Shown: one piece after another, positions 43,357 through 51,980 of the stretch
How positions within the stretch are numbered: the stretch's first letter is position 1
Layout: each line of letters opens with the position of its first letter
Source: Chitinophaga pinensis
Lineage (GTDB): Bacteria > Pseudomonadota > Gammaproteobacteria > Burkholderiales > SG8-41
Direction of reading: 5' to 3'
DNA: 64,000 bases
Assembly: GCA_943329075.2 (NCBI GenBank)
Contig: CALQCM020000014.1
Coordinates: 11,076 to 75,075, forward strand
Notes under the pieces: generated by a model
What the model saw: only the letters and a program-made list of their open reading frames with translations
Told to the model about the DNA's origin: nothing
Databases searched by the model: none
Program-made: the position numbers and the translations under genes

Positions 43357-44322
43357 ATGCGGTTTCCGGTCGCGGGCCTGTGGTTGTTTGTGGTGTTGAT
43401 GCACAGCGGCGCCCGCGCCGCGGATTATCCGGTGCGGCCGGTGCGCGTGATCGTCGGCTTTACCGCCGGCGCGCCTGATTCGGTGGCGCGCATCGTCGGT
43501 CAGCAGATGGCGGTGCAGACGGGGCAATCGTTCATCGTCGACAACCGGCCGGGTGCCAACGGCATCATCGGTGCCGACCTCGTGGCGCGCGCCGCGCCGG
43601 ATGGCTATACGCTGCTGGTGACGTCGAACAGTTTTGCCGTCAATCCGTCGACGCACCGCAAACTGCCGTTCGATGCGTTGAAGGATTTCACGCCGGTGAC
43701 CAGCATCGCGGCCTCGGAGGCGCTGATCCTCGTCGTCAATCCGGCGGTCGGTGCGCAAAACGTGCGCGAGCTGATTGCGCTGGCGAAAAAGCCCGACAGC
43801 CGCATGGCCTACGGTTCGCCGGGCGTGGGTAATGCCTTGCATCTGGCCGCCGCCCTGTTCAACGCGCGCGCGGGCACCAATATTACCCATGTGCCCTACA
43901 AGGGCGGCGGGCCGATGGTGACGGCGCTGCTCGCCAACGAGGTGCAACTGCTGTTCGCCAATCCGCCGACGGTGCTCGCGCATATCAAATCGGGCCGTTT
44001 GCGCGCGCTGGCTTATAACAACGCGGCGCGCGCCTCGTTCATGGCCGAGGTGCCGACGATGATCGAGGCGGGTGTCAGCGGCATGGAAATCGATCCGGCC
44101 TGGTATGGCCTGTTCGCGCCGGCCAATACCCCGGCAGCGGTCGTGGTGCGACTGCATGCGCAAGTCGTTGCCGCGCTGAAGATCGCACGTGTGCGCGAAC
44201 AGCTGGCGGGCCTCGGTCTTGAGCCGGTCGGGAGTGCGCCGGCGTCATTCAAGACCTTTGTGGCCGGTTCGATCAAACGTTTCGGCGAACTGGCGAAGAT
44301 CGCCGGACTCGAGGCCGAATAG
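43357..44322 (+). CDS. Bug/TctC-family substrate-binding protein
   Basis: [21 protein letters not shown] signal. Motifs [31 protein letters not shown]. Confidence 0.9.
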   Translation: MRFPVAGLWLFVVLMHSGARAADYPVRPVRVIVGFTAGAPDSVARIVGQQMAVQTGQSFIVDNRPGANGIIGADLVARAAPDGYTLLVTSNSFAVNPSTHRKLPFDALKDFTPVTSIAASEALILVVNPAVGAQNVRELIALAKKPDSRMAYGSPGVGNALHLAAALFNARAGTNITHVPYKGGGPMVTALLANEVQLLFANPPTVLAHIKSGRLRALAYNNAARASFMAEVPTMIEAGVSGMEIDPAWYGLFAPANTPAAVVVRLHAQVVAALKIARVREQLAGLGLEPVGSAPASFKTFVAGSIKRFGELAKIAGLEAE

Positions 44323-44326
44323 CCGT

Positions 44327-44977
44327 CTAGTTTGCGGCCGGCGCGACGTAGTCGATGCTGATGCCTTCAACGAGGCGCGGTGTCGTCGCCGCGAACGACG
44401 GGCGTTGCGCCAGTCGTGCGGCGAGCGCCACCAGCGCAGGATGACCGCTGCGCCAGTCGAGATCCGGAATGCGGAAGTCGAGGCAGCCCAGCGCGCAGCC
44501 GACGGCGATGTCGGCAAGGCTGAAGGCATTGCCATGACACCATTCGTGTTTGCCGAGCACCGCGCTCATTTCGTCGAGTGCGCGTTCGATCTTGCCGCGC
44601 TGGCGCGCCAGCCATTCGGGGCTCTGCTGCGCGACCGGACGGCGCGTATAGACAACGATCTCGACCGCGGCATCGAGACAGCCGTCGGCGAGCGCCTCCC
44701 AGCGCTTCACGCGCAGGCGTTCGCGCGGGTCTTCGGGAATCAGGCGGCTGACGGGGCTGGCCGCATCGAGATAGTCGGCGATGACGCGCGAATCGAACAG
44801 CGTGCCGCCATCGTCGAGCACCAGCACCGGGATCTTGCCGAGGGGATTGAATTGCGCCACACGTGATGCCGGATTGCTCGGGCTGTCGACAATGAATTCA
44901 AAGTCGATGCGCTTTTCAGCGAGCACGATACGCACCTTGCGGCAGAACGGGCTCGCCGGCGTGGCGATGAGTTTCAT
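44327..44977 (-). CDS. glutathione S-transferase
   Basis: Start trimmed to MKLIATPASPFCRKVRIVLAEKRIDFEF. GKIPVLVLDDG..SRVIADYL. Paralog of 9676-10293. Confidence 0.88.
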   Translation of the reverse strand: MKLIATPASPFCRKVRIVLAEKRIDFEFIVDSPSNPASRVAQFNPLGKIPVLVLDDGGTLFDSRVIADYLDAASPVSRLIPEDPRERLRVKRWEALADGCLDAAVEIVVYTRRPVAQQSPEWLARQRGKIERALDEMSAVLGKHEWCHGNAFSLADIAVGCALGCLDFRIPDLDWRSGHPALVALAARLAQRPSFAATTPRLVEGISIDYVAPAAN

Positions 44978-45191
44978 GGAAGTGTTGCGCTGTTTGCGAG
45001 GCGCTGATTTTAGCATCCGGCGACGGGCTGCACTGCCGCAGCGACAGTTTCCGCATTTGATGACTTTGTCATTGATGTTGCGCTGCGACGAACGCGAAAA
45101 TATTCATCATGCCGGTTTGGTGTTACATTCCGGCGGGTTTCAGGTGGCGAATTTCATTCGCAGTTCAACTGACGCATTACAGGGGGAAAAC

Positions 45192-45941
45192 ATGAATTTG
45201 ACGTTACGTGCAATTGCGCTGGCCACATCCATGGCGGTGTCGGGCGGGATTTCGGCGGCCGACACGCATGCGCCGCATTGGGGCTACGACGAGGCGGCAA
45301 AGTGGGGAGACTTGAGCGGTGACTTCAAGGTCTGCAAAATCGGCAAAGAACAATCGCCGATCGACATTCAGACCAAGGCCACGGTGAAAGCCAAGCTTGC
45401 GCCGATCGGTTTCAACTACAAAGCCGGTGCCGGCGAGGTGGTCAACAACGGACACACCATACAGGTGAATCTGAGCGACGCCGGTTCGGCCAAACTCGCC
45501 GCGGGCGACTATCAGTTGCTGCAGTTCCACTTCCATACGCCGAGCGAAGAAAAGGTCGATGGCAAGAATTTTCCGATGGTGGCGCACTTCGTGCACAAGA
45601 GCGCGGCGGGCGGCCTTGGCGTGGTTGGCGTGATGTTCAAGGAAGGCAAGGAAAACGCCGCCTTAAAAGCAGTGTTCGATGCGATGCCGGCCAAGGAGGG
45701 CGACAAGTCTGCGTTGAAGGCGCCGCTGAATGCCGCCGATGTGCTGCCGGCCGACAAAGGCTACTACGCGTTCAAGGGTTCGCTGACGACGCCGCCGTGC
45801 AGCGAAAGCGTGGCGTGGCAGGTCATGAAGCAGCCGGTGGAACTGTCGAAAGCGCAGATCGAGGCTTTCCGCAAACTCTACAAGATGAACGCGCGTCCGG
45901 TGCAGCCGATGAATGGCCGCAAGGTGCAGGAATCAAGCTGA
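45192..45941 (+). CDS. alpha-class carbonic anhydrase, secreted
   Basis: Signal peptide ...GGISAADTHAPHWGY. QSPIDI. Zn ligands in QFHFHTPSEE and VAHFVH. GSLTTPPCSE. Confidence 0.92.
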   Translation: MNLTLRAIALATSMAVSGGISAADTHAPHWGYDEAAKWGDLSGDFKVCKIGKEQSPIDIQTKATVKAKLAPIGFNYKAGAGEVVNNGHTIQVNLSDAGSAKLAAGDYQLLQFHFHTPSEEKVDGKNFPMVAHFVHKSAAGGLGVVGVMFKEGKENAALKAVFDAMPAKEGDKSALKAPLNAADVLPADKGYYAFKGSLTTPPCSESVAWQVMKQPVELSKAQIEAFRKLYKMNARPVQPMNGRKVQESS

Positions 45942-45960
45942 TCGCAAGAGACGTTGCGGC

Positions 45961-45994
45961 AGGAAAAACGCCCGCAGTCGCGGGCGTTTTTCCT
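45961..45994 (+). terminator. rho-independent terminator
   Basis: Perfect 15-bp stem AGGAAAAACGCCCGC-AGTC-GCGGGCGTTTTTCCT, 20 nt after the carbonic anhydrase stop. Confidence 0.8.
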
Positions 45995-46093
45995 GGTGTG
46001 GGGTCGCCCGCCGCCGGTTGACTGCGCGCCGGCTTGACACTGTTTGTGCAGCGTGTGAGCATCGCCCGCACCATTCGCAGTCCGGAGGAATAT

Positions 46094-47119
46094 ATGCGCA
46101 AATTCGTTTGGGGTTTTCTATTCGCGTTCGTCGCGCTCGGCATGGCCTCGTTCGGCGCCATGGCGCAGGCGCTGGAAAAAACAAAAATCACCATCGCCGT
46201 CGGCGGCAAAAACCTGTTCTATTACCTGCCGCTGACGATCGCCGAGCGGCGCGGTTTTTTCAAGGACGAGGGCCTTACCGCCGAGATCGTCGATTTCCCG
46301 GGCGGTGCGCGCGCTTTGCAGGCGATGGTCGGCGGCAGCGCCGACATCGTCTCCGGTGCCTACGAGCACACGATCAATATGCAGGCCAAGGGCATCAATA
46401 TCGTCGGCATTGCGCTGCAGGGCCGCTACTCGGGCATCGTGCTCGGTGTTTACAAGAACCGCGCGGCGCAATATAAATCGCCGAAAGATCTGAAAGGCTG
46501 GAAGATCGGCGTAACGGCACCGGGTTCGAGCACCAACATGATGGTGAGCAGCCTGCTGGCGAAAGACGGGCTGAAATCCGATGCCGTCTCGATCATTGGT
46601 GTCGGTGCGACGGCCGGCGCGGTGGCGGCCATGCGCAAGGGCGAACTCGACGGCATGTCGAACCTCGATCCGGTGATTTCGCGGCTCGAGGCTTCGGGAG
46701 ACATGGTGACGGTGGTCGACACGCGCACTGCCAAAGGCATGAAGGACGTCTACGGCGGGGCCTACCACGCCGGTTGCATTTATGCGCCTGTGGAGTGGGT
46801 GAAGAAAAATCCGCATACCGCGCAGGCCGTCGTCAACGCGATGGTGCGCGCGGTGCGCTGGCTGCAGACGGCGCGTCCCGATGAAGTGGTGGCGACGGTG
46901 CCGCCCGAGTACTATGGCGACGACCCGACGATCTACAAGGTGGCGCTGCTGAAGAACACCGAGGGATTTTCGCCCGATGGTTTGTTCACTGCCGAGGGCG
47001 CGAAAAACGTTTTTAACGTGCTCAATTCCTTTGAACCGACGGTGCAGGCGGCGAAGATCGATCTGGCCAAAACCTACGACAACAGCTTCGCGCAAAAAGC
47101 GCTGAAGAAATTCAAGTAA
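46094..47119 (+). CDS. ABC transporter substrate-binding protein (NMT1/NitT-TauT family)
   Basis: Start at MRKFVWGFLFAFVALGMASFGAMAQA behind a GGAGG RBS. 341 aa. Sulfonate/nitrate-type SBP pattern. Confidence 0.85.
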   Translation: MRKFVWGFLFAFVALGMASFGAMAQALEKTKITIAVGGKNLFYYLPLTIAERRGFFKDEGLTAEIVDFPGGARALQAMVGGSADIVSGAYEHTINMQAKGINIVGIALQGRYSGIVLGVYKNRAAQYKSPKDLKGWKIGVTAPGSSTNMMVSSLLAKDGLKSDAVSIIGVGATAGAVAAMRKGELDGMSNLDPVISRLEASGDMVTVVDTRTAKGMKDVYGGAYHAGCIYAPVEWVKKNPHTAQAVVNAMVRAVRWLQTARPDEVVATVPPEYYGDDPTIYKVALLKNTEGFSPDGLFTAEGAKNVFNVLNSFEPTVQAAKIDLAKTYDNSFAQKALKKFK

Positions 47120-47123
47120 GGCC

Positions 47124-47972
47124 ATGCAGGTTAGCAACGGCACCGCGCTCGCACTCGACAACATTACGGTCACATTTTCGGCGCGCGGCGCCGGGACCAC
47201 CACCTATACGGCGGTCGGCAGCACCACGCTGAAAATCGGCGCCGGCGAATTCGTTTCCGTGGTCGGACCGACCGGCTGCGGCAAATCGACGTTGCTGAAC
47301 ATCGCCGCCGGCCTGCTTGAGCCGTCGGCCGGCCAGGTCAATGTGCTCGGTGTGCCGCTCGCCGGTCTGAATCGCGACGCCGGTTATATGTTTCAAGCCG
47401 ATGCGCTGCTGCCGTGGTTGTCGGCACAGGACAACGTCGAACTGGGCCTGAAATACCGCGGCGTGGCAGCGGAGGAGCGCCGCCAGCGCGCCGAACAATG
47501 GCTGCTGCGCGTCGGCCTGGCCGGCCACGGCGACCGCTATCCTCACCAGTTGTCGGGCGGCATGAAGAAACGCGTCGCGCTGGCGCAGATGCTGATCCTC
47601 GATCCGAAAATCCTGCTGATGGACGAGCCGTTCTCGGCGCTCGATATCCAGACACGGCAGTTGATGGAGAACGAACTGCTCGACCTGTGGTCGGCCGACC
47701 GCAAGTCAGTGGTCTTCATTACGCACGATATCGAGGAGGCGATCGCCCTGTCGGACCGGGTGGTGGTGCTGTCGGCGGGGCCGGCGACGCATCCGATCGG
47801 CGAATTTGTGATCGATCTGCCGCGCCCGCGCGACGTCAATGAAATTCGTCTGACGCCGCATTTTGTCGAACTGCATACGCAGATCTGGCACGCCATGAAG
47901 GACGAAGTGCTGAAAGGATACGCGCAGAGTCAGCGCGGAGAAGCAGACTCTGCGCAGAGCCAGCGCGCATGA
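47124..47972 (+). CDS. ABC transporter ATP-binding protein (NitT/TauT family)
   Basis: Walker A GPTGCGKST, signature LSGGMKKR, Walker B LLMDEPFSALD. Confidence 0.92.
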   Translation: MQVSNGTALALDNITVTFSARGAGTTTYTAVGSTTLKIGAGEFVSVVGPTGCGKSTLLNIAAGLLEPSAGQVNVLGVPLAGLNRDAGYMFQADALLPWLSAQDNVELGLKYRGVAAEERRQRAEQWLLRVGLAGHGDRYPHQLSGGMKKRVALAQMLILDPKILLMDEPFSALDIQTRQLMENELLDLWSADRKSVVFITHDIEEAIALSDRVVVLSAGPATHPIGEFVIDLPRPRDVNEIRLTPHFVELHTQIWHAMKDEVLKGYAQSQRGEADSAQSQRA

Positions 47973-47999
47973 AAATGATGCGCAAGAACGGGAAGCGGC

Positions 48000-48827
48000 A
48001 TGGCCGCTAAGCGCAAACGCGAGACGCGCCTGACGCGCGGCCGGTTGGCGCTCTATCACGCGCTGCTGCTGGGGGCGGTGTTCATCGGCTGGCACCTCAT
48101 GACCAACCCGCTGCTGGTATCGGAAGAGTTTGCGCGCAACTCGGCGTTCTTTTTCGGCAAGCCGCTGGTGGTGCTGGAGAAGACCTGGGATTGGTTTGCC
48201 AGCGGCAAAATCTACGAACACCTGCTGGTGACGCTGATCGAAACCCTGCTTGCCTTCGGTATCGGCACAGCCGCGGGCCTTGGCGTCGGCTTGTGGCTGG
48301 CGCTATCGCCGCTGGCCTCGGCACTCGCCGATCCGTACATCAAGGCGATGAACGCGATGCCGCGCGTGATCCTCGCGCCGATCTTCGCCGTGTGGTTCGG
48401 TCTTGGCATCCTGTCGAAAGTGGCGCTCGGCATCACGCTGGTGTTTTTCATCGTTTTCTTCAACGTCTATCAGGGCGTGCGCGAAGTCAGCCCTGTGGTG
48501 CTGAATAACGCGCGCATGCTGGGCGCGGGGCCGGGCCAGTTGTTGCGTACGGTGTATGTGCCTTCGGCGATGTCGTGGGTGTTTTCCAGCCTGCACACCG
48601 CGGTCGGCATGGCGTTCGTCGGCGCGGTGGTCGGCGAATATCTCGGCTCCTCGCGCGGCGTCGGCTATCTGATTCTGCAGGCTGAGGGCGCGTTTGATAT
48701 CAATTCGGTGTTCGCCGGCATCCTGGTGCTGACGGCGTTTGCGCTGGCGCTCGACATGCTGGTCAGCGCGATCGAGAAGCGGCTGCTGGTGTGGCGGCCG
48801 GCGCAGGGCGAAACCGAACTGCTTTAG
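48000..48827 (+). CDS. ABC transporter permease (NitT/TauT family)
   Basis: 275 aa, 6 predicted helices, EAA-like loop (ARMLGAGPGQLLRTVYVPSA). Confidence 0.9.
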   Translation: MAAKRKRETRLTRGRLALYHALLLGAVFIGWHLMTNPLLVSEEFARNSAFFFGKPLVVLEKTWDWFASGKIYEHLLVTLIETLLAFGIGTAAGLGVGLWLALSPLASALADPYIKAMNAMPRVILAPIFAVWFGLGILSKVALGITLVFFIVFFNVYQGVREVSPVVLNNARMLGAGPGQLLRTVYVPSAMSWVFSSLHTAVGMAFVGAVVGEYLGSSRGVGYLILQAEGAFDINSVFAGILVLTAFALALDMLVSAIEKRLLVWRPAQGETELL

Positions 48828-48900
48828 GCGCGGGCGGTGGCTGCCGCACACCAATCCGCGGCAATTGGACTATCATGAACGCTCATAGCGGAGAGGCGCC

Positions 48901-49353
48901 ATGATCATTCGTGACATCCTGAACATGAAGGGTGGCCAGATTTTCAGCATCGCGCCGGACGGGCGCGTGGCCGATGCAGTGCGGCTGATGGTCGAGCAGG
49001 ATATCGGCTCGCTGGTGGTGCTCGACGGCGAGCGCATGGCGGGTATGCTGACGTTTCGCGAGGTGCTGATCGGCCTTAACGCAAACGGCGGCAATCTGGG
49101 CGATTTGCGTGTGAAAAGTCTGATGGTGGCGGCGCCGGTGTGCGGCAGCCCCGACGATTCGATCGACCAGTTGCGTGCTGTCATGACGAAAAACCACGTA
49201 CGTTATCTGCCGGTAAGCGACGCTGAAAAACTGCTGGGCGTGATTTCGTTTCATGACGTTGCCAAGTCGGTGATCAAGGAAACGAGCTTCGAGAACCGCC
49301 TGCTCAAGCGCTACATCAAAAACTGGCCGGAGACCGGCGAGCCGGCGCAGTGA
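48901..49353 (+). CDS. CBS-domain pair protein
   Basis: 150 aa with two CBS-like repeats (IGSLVVLDGERMAGMLTFREV and VRYLPVSDAEKLLGVISFHDV). Confidence 0.85.
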   Translation: MIIRDILNMKGGQIFSIAPDGRVADAVRLMVEQDIGSLVVLDGERMAGMLTFREVLIGLNANGGNLGDLRVKSLMVAAPVCGSPDDSIDQLRAVMTKNHVRYLPVSDAEKLLGVISFHDVAKSVIKETSFENRLLKRYIKNWPETGEPAQ

Positions 49354-49613
49354 CGCGCCGACGATGCGGCGGCGTTGACGACGACAATTCAGACACAGGC
49401 ACCGTGGGTGCCTCGTTGCAGAAGCCAAAATGTCGGCGAAACGGTCGTCGTGGCCGGTCGTTCGTGTCTCGCAGATGGAGCGTGGCGTGAACTATTTCCC
49501 GTAATGTGATAAAAAACGTGCCCGGTTGGGTTCTGGCACGGGAATTGCGGCATTAAGACCGGGGGCAGTCCGGTCGTTGATTGCTTAATACGGGACAGGA
49601 AGCGGGAGAAGAT

Positions 49614-51158
49614 ATGGCATTGTTCGGGGGCGGCAAGCCCGATCATCCGCTGGCGGACCTCAAAAACGCGAAGGCGTTGATTGCGGACCTGCCATCGACG
49701 GATTCGCTGAAGGCGGTCGAGGAAGTCACGATGTGGCTCGAATCGATCATGCGCGAAGAAGGTTTCAAGGTTGATTACCGGTTTCAACTGATCGACGCGC
49801 TCGACCAGGCGGCGAAGAACCATCCGCGCAAACTGGCGCAGGATTATCTGGCTACCGACCGCCAGGAAAAATTCCGCGAAAGCAAATTGTGGAACACCTC
49901 TTTCGAATTCTGGAAGATGCTGGGCCATGCCTACGTTCAATGCGTCGAGCAGTTCCAGGCCGGCGCCGGCGGTTCGGGGGCGATCAAAAAAGATCTGCCG
50001 GTCATCATTGCGCGCGCGCTGCGCACGCTGACGCTGCAGTTGAAATGGGGCCTGTTGCGCTACGGGCCGCTTGACGATCGCGTGTGGAGCGATCTTGGCC
50101 GCATCTACCTCTTTGCAGAAACACAAAAAGTGGCGACGTTACCGGTGGCGATTTATCCCGGACAGCATGGCGGCGGCACGATCCAGCAGGAATTTCTCAA
50201 GGCGCTGATGCTGAGCGTTTCGTCGACCGACGGCCTGGCGCCGCTGAACCAGGAAATCGCCGAACGCATCGTCGCCCATTTCGGCGGTGACTTTACGATG
50301 GCGGCGGCGGCCGATGCAGCCGCCAACTATTACTTCGACCTCGCCATGCGCAAGCCGGCCGCGCGCGTCATGAAAAACTCGGAGCCCTCGGCGACGACGC
50401 GTTACTTCGGCGCCGGCAAGGCGCTGGCGGGTCTGGTGCAGATGGCGATGGCGGTGCGTGACCAGAACGCGGTGCCGTCCAACATCAACCTCGGCGGCGT
50501 CTACGAACCCGAACTTGTGTTGTCGGTGATGAAACATCTGACGCTCTACTGGTCGGACAAACCGCCGGCGCGCAGTTCCGAACGGCGCAAGACGGCCACC
50601 CGCATGACGGTGGTGCACGGTTTCAAGGAAACCTATGCCAGCGTCGATCCGGCCGGCCAGGAGGATTCGCTCGATTTTCATCAGGCCGACGGCAGCGAAA
50701 GCTGGATTGTCGAGAACGTCAGCGACGGCGGTTTCGGCGCCATTATTCCGCAGGTCAAGAGCGACTGGGTCAAAGTCGGCTGCCTGCTCGGGCTGCAGAC
50801 CGAAACCTCGAAGTTCTGGGGGGGCGGCGTGATCCGCCGCATCTCGCGCGACGAATTCCAGCAGCGCCGTGTCGGCATTCAACTGCTGTCGAAGTCGGTG
50901 ATCCCGGTGACGCTGACGGTGTCCGGCAACGTGTCGTCGTTCAATGCCGCACGCGGTGGCGAGCCCGGCGTGTTGTTGTCGACGGCGCCGGACAAGAACG
51001 GCGAGATCGCGCTGTTGCTGCGGGAAGGCACCTACTCGCAGCGGCAGGCGCTCGAAATGAACGTGCGCGGCAAGAGTTATTACCTGATGCCGTCGAAACT
51101 GGATGAGGGCGGCGAAGACTTCGATCTGGCGCGCTTCAAGGTGATGCAGCGCCAGTAA
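49614..51158 (+). CDS. hypothetical protein with PilZ-like C-terminal region
   Basis: 514-aa ORF starting at MALFGGGKPD behind a GGGAGAAG RBS. Coding-like composition. Residues ~320-435 contain ERRKTATR...ENVSDGGFGA...GVIRRIS...RRVGIQLL. The N-terminal 300 aa match nothing I recognise. Confidence 0.7.
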   Translation: MALFGGGKPDHPLADLKNAKALIADLPSTDSLKAVEEVTMWLESIMREEGFKVDYRFQLIDALDQAAKNHPRKLAQDYLATDRQEKFRESKLWNTSFEFWKMLGHAYVQCVEQFQAGAGGSGAIKKDLPVIIARALRTLTLQLKWGLLRYGPLDDRVWSDLGRIYLFAETQKVATLPVAIYPGQHGGGTIQQEFLKALMLSVSSTDGLAPLNQEIAERIVAHFGGDFTMAAAADAAANYYFDLAMRKPAARVMKNSEPSATTRYFGAGKALAGLVQMAMAVRDQNAVPSNINLGGVYEPELVLSVMKHLTLYWSDKPPARSSERRKTATRMTVVHGFKETYASVDPAGQEDSLDFHQADGSESWIVENVSDGGFGAIIPQVKSDWVKVGCLLGLQTETSKFWGGGVIRRISRDEFQQRRVGIQLLSKSVIPVTLTVSGNVSSFNAARGGEPGVLLSTAPDKNGEIALLLREGTYSQRQALEMNVRGKSYYLMPSKLDEGGEDFDLARFKVMQRQ

Positions 51159-51191
51159 ACCTTCTGCGCAGCTCAATCAGGGCGCGGCCGC

Positions 51192-51884
51192 CTAGCGCAG
51201 CACGCTTTGCAGCCACGCGCTGATATCGCGGATTTCCTCGATGCATACCGAATGCTGCATCGGGTAGCTGTGCCACTCGACGATGTAACCGGTTTCGTTC
51301 AACACTTTGCGCGAGGCCTCGGCCATTGCAATCGGAATGACCTGGTCGTGCGTGCCGTGCGCATAAAAAAGCGGAATCCTGCGGTTGGCCGCGGCCGCCT
51401 CCGCGGGCAGCGTTTGCGCGACCGGCAGATAGGTCGACAGCGCCATGATGCCGGCCAATTTGTCGGTGTGACGCAGGCCGGTGTGCAGCGCGATGGCGCC
51501 GCCCTGGGAGAAGCCGGCGATCACGATCTTGTCGCTGGCGATGCCGCGTGCGGTTTCGCGCGCGATCAGTTTTTCAATCTCGGCCTGCGAGGCGCGCACG
51601 CCTTTTTCGTCGGCCTGGCGGCTCTTGCCTTCGAGATCGCCGTAGCTGACGTCGTACCAGGCGCGCATGACGTAACCGTTGTTGATCGTCACCGGCATCA
51701 TCGGCGCATGCGGAAAAATGAAGCGTATCGCCGGCGCGTTGCCGAGGCCGAGTTCGGGCACCATGGGCGCGAAGTCGTTGCCGTCGGCGCCCAGGCCGTG
51801 CAGCCAGATCACCGCGGCGGTCGGGTTCGGCGCGGTTTCAATTTCGATGGTTTCGAGCAGTTTGTTCATGGATTTAAAATTCAT
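51192..51884 (-). CDS. carboxylesterase/phospholipase-family alpha/beta hydrolase
   Basis: VIWLHGLGADGNDF, GFSQGGAIAL, HGTHDQVIP, and His in YPMQHS. Alternative start at 51869. Confidence 0.85.
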   Translation of the reverse strand: MNFKSMNKLLETIEIETAPNPTAAVIWLHGLGADGNDFAPMVPELGLGNAPAIRFIFPHAPMMPVTINNGYVMRAWYDVSYGDLEGKSRQADEKGVRASQAEIEKLIARETARGIASDKIVIAGFSQGGAIALHTGLRHTDKLAGIMALSTYLPVAQTLPAEAAAANRRIPLFYAHGTHDQVIPIAMAEASRKVLNETGYIVEWHSYPMQHSVCIEEIRDISAWLQSVLR

Positions 51885-51895
51885 TTGCCACAGAT

Positions 51896-51972
51896 GGCAC
51901 AGAGTTCACAGAGAAAAATGCAAAAGCAGAAAACAGCGTTTGATATTGGTTTTCCTCTGTGAACTCTGTGCC
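51896..51972. repeat. 22-bp inverted repeat (CACAGAGTTCACAGAG family)
   Basis: GGCACAGAGTTCACAGAGAAAA (51896-51917) pairs with TTTCCTCTGTGAACTCTGTGCC (51951-51972) at 21/22 positions, with a 33-nt loop. It lies between the mog stop and the esterase start. Confidence 0.8.
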
Positions 51973-51980
51973 CTCCGTGG

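Noticed and set aside
42829-44163. Other long antisense ORFs (e.g. 42829-44163, 3460-4614, 31024-32175, 46118-47203, 50139-51176, 54583-55620, 60594-61610, 26057-26995, 22244-23014)
   Set aside because: All lie antisense to genes with clear family signatures. All share the same R/A/H/G-rich composition, and none has domain motifs or RBS/start context. They are treated as GC-driven artefacts.
45192-48827. Alpha-carbonic anhydrase plus NitT/TauT ABC transporter as a periplasmic CO2-to-bicarbonate uptake system
   Set aside because: A strong rho-independent terminator (45961-45994) separates the CA gene from the ABC operon. The binding protein is a ~340-aa NMT1/sulfonate-type SBP rather than a larger CmpA/NrtA-type protein. 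The adjacency is probably coincidental.
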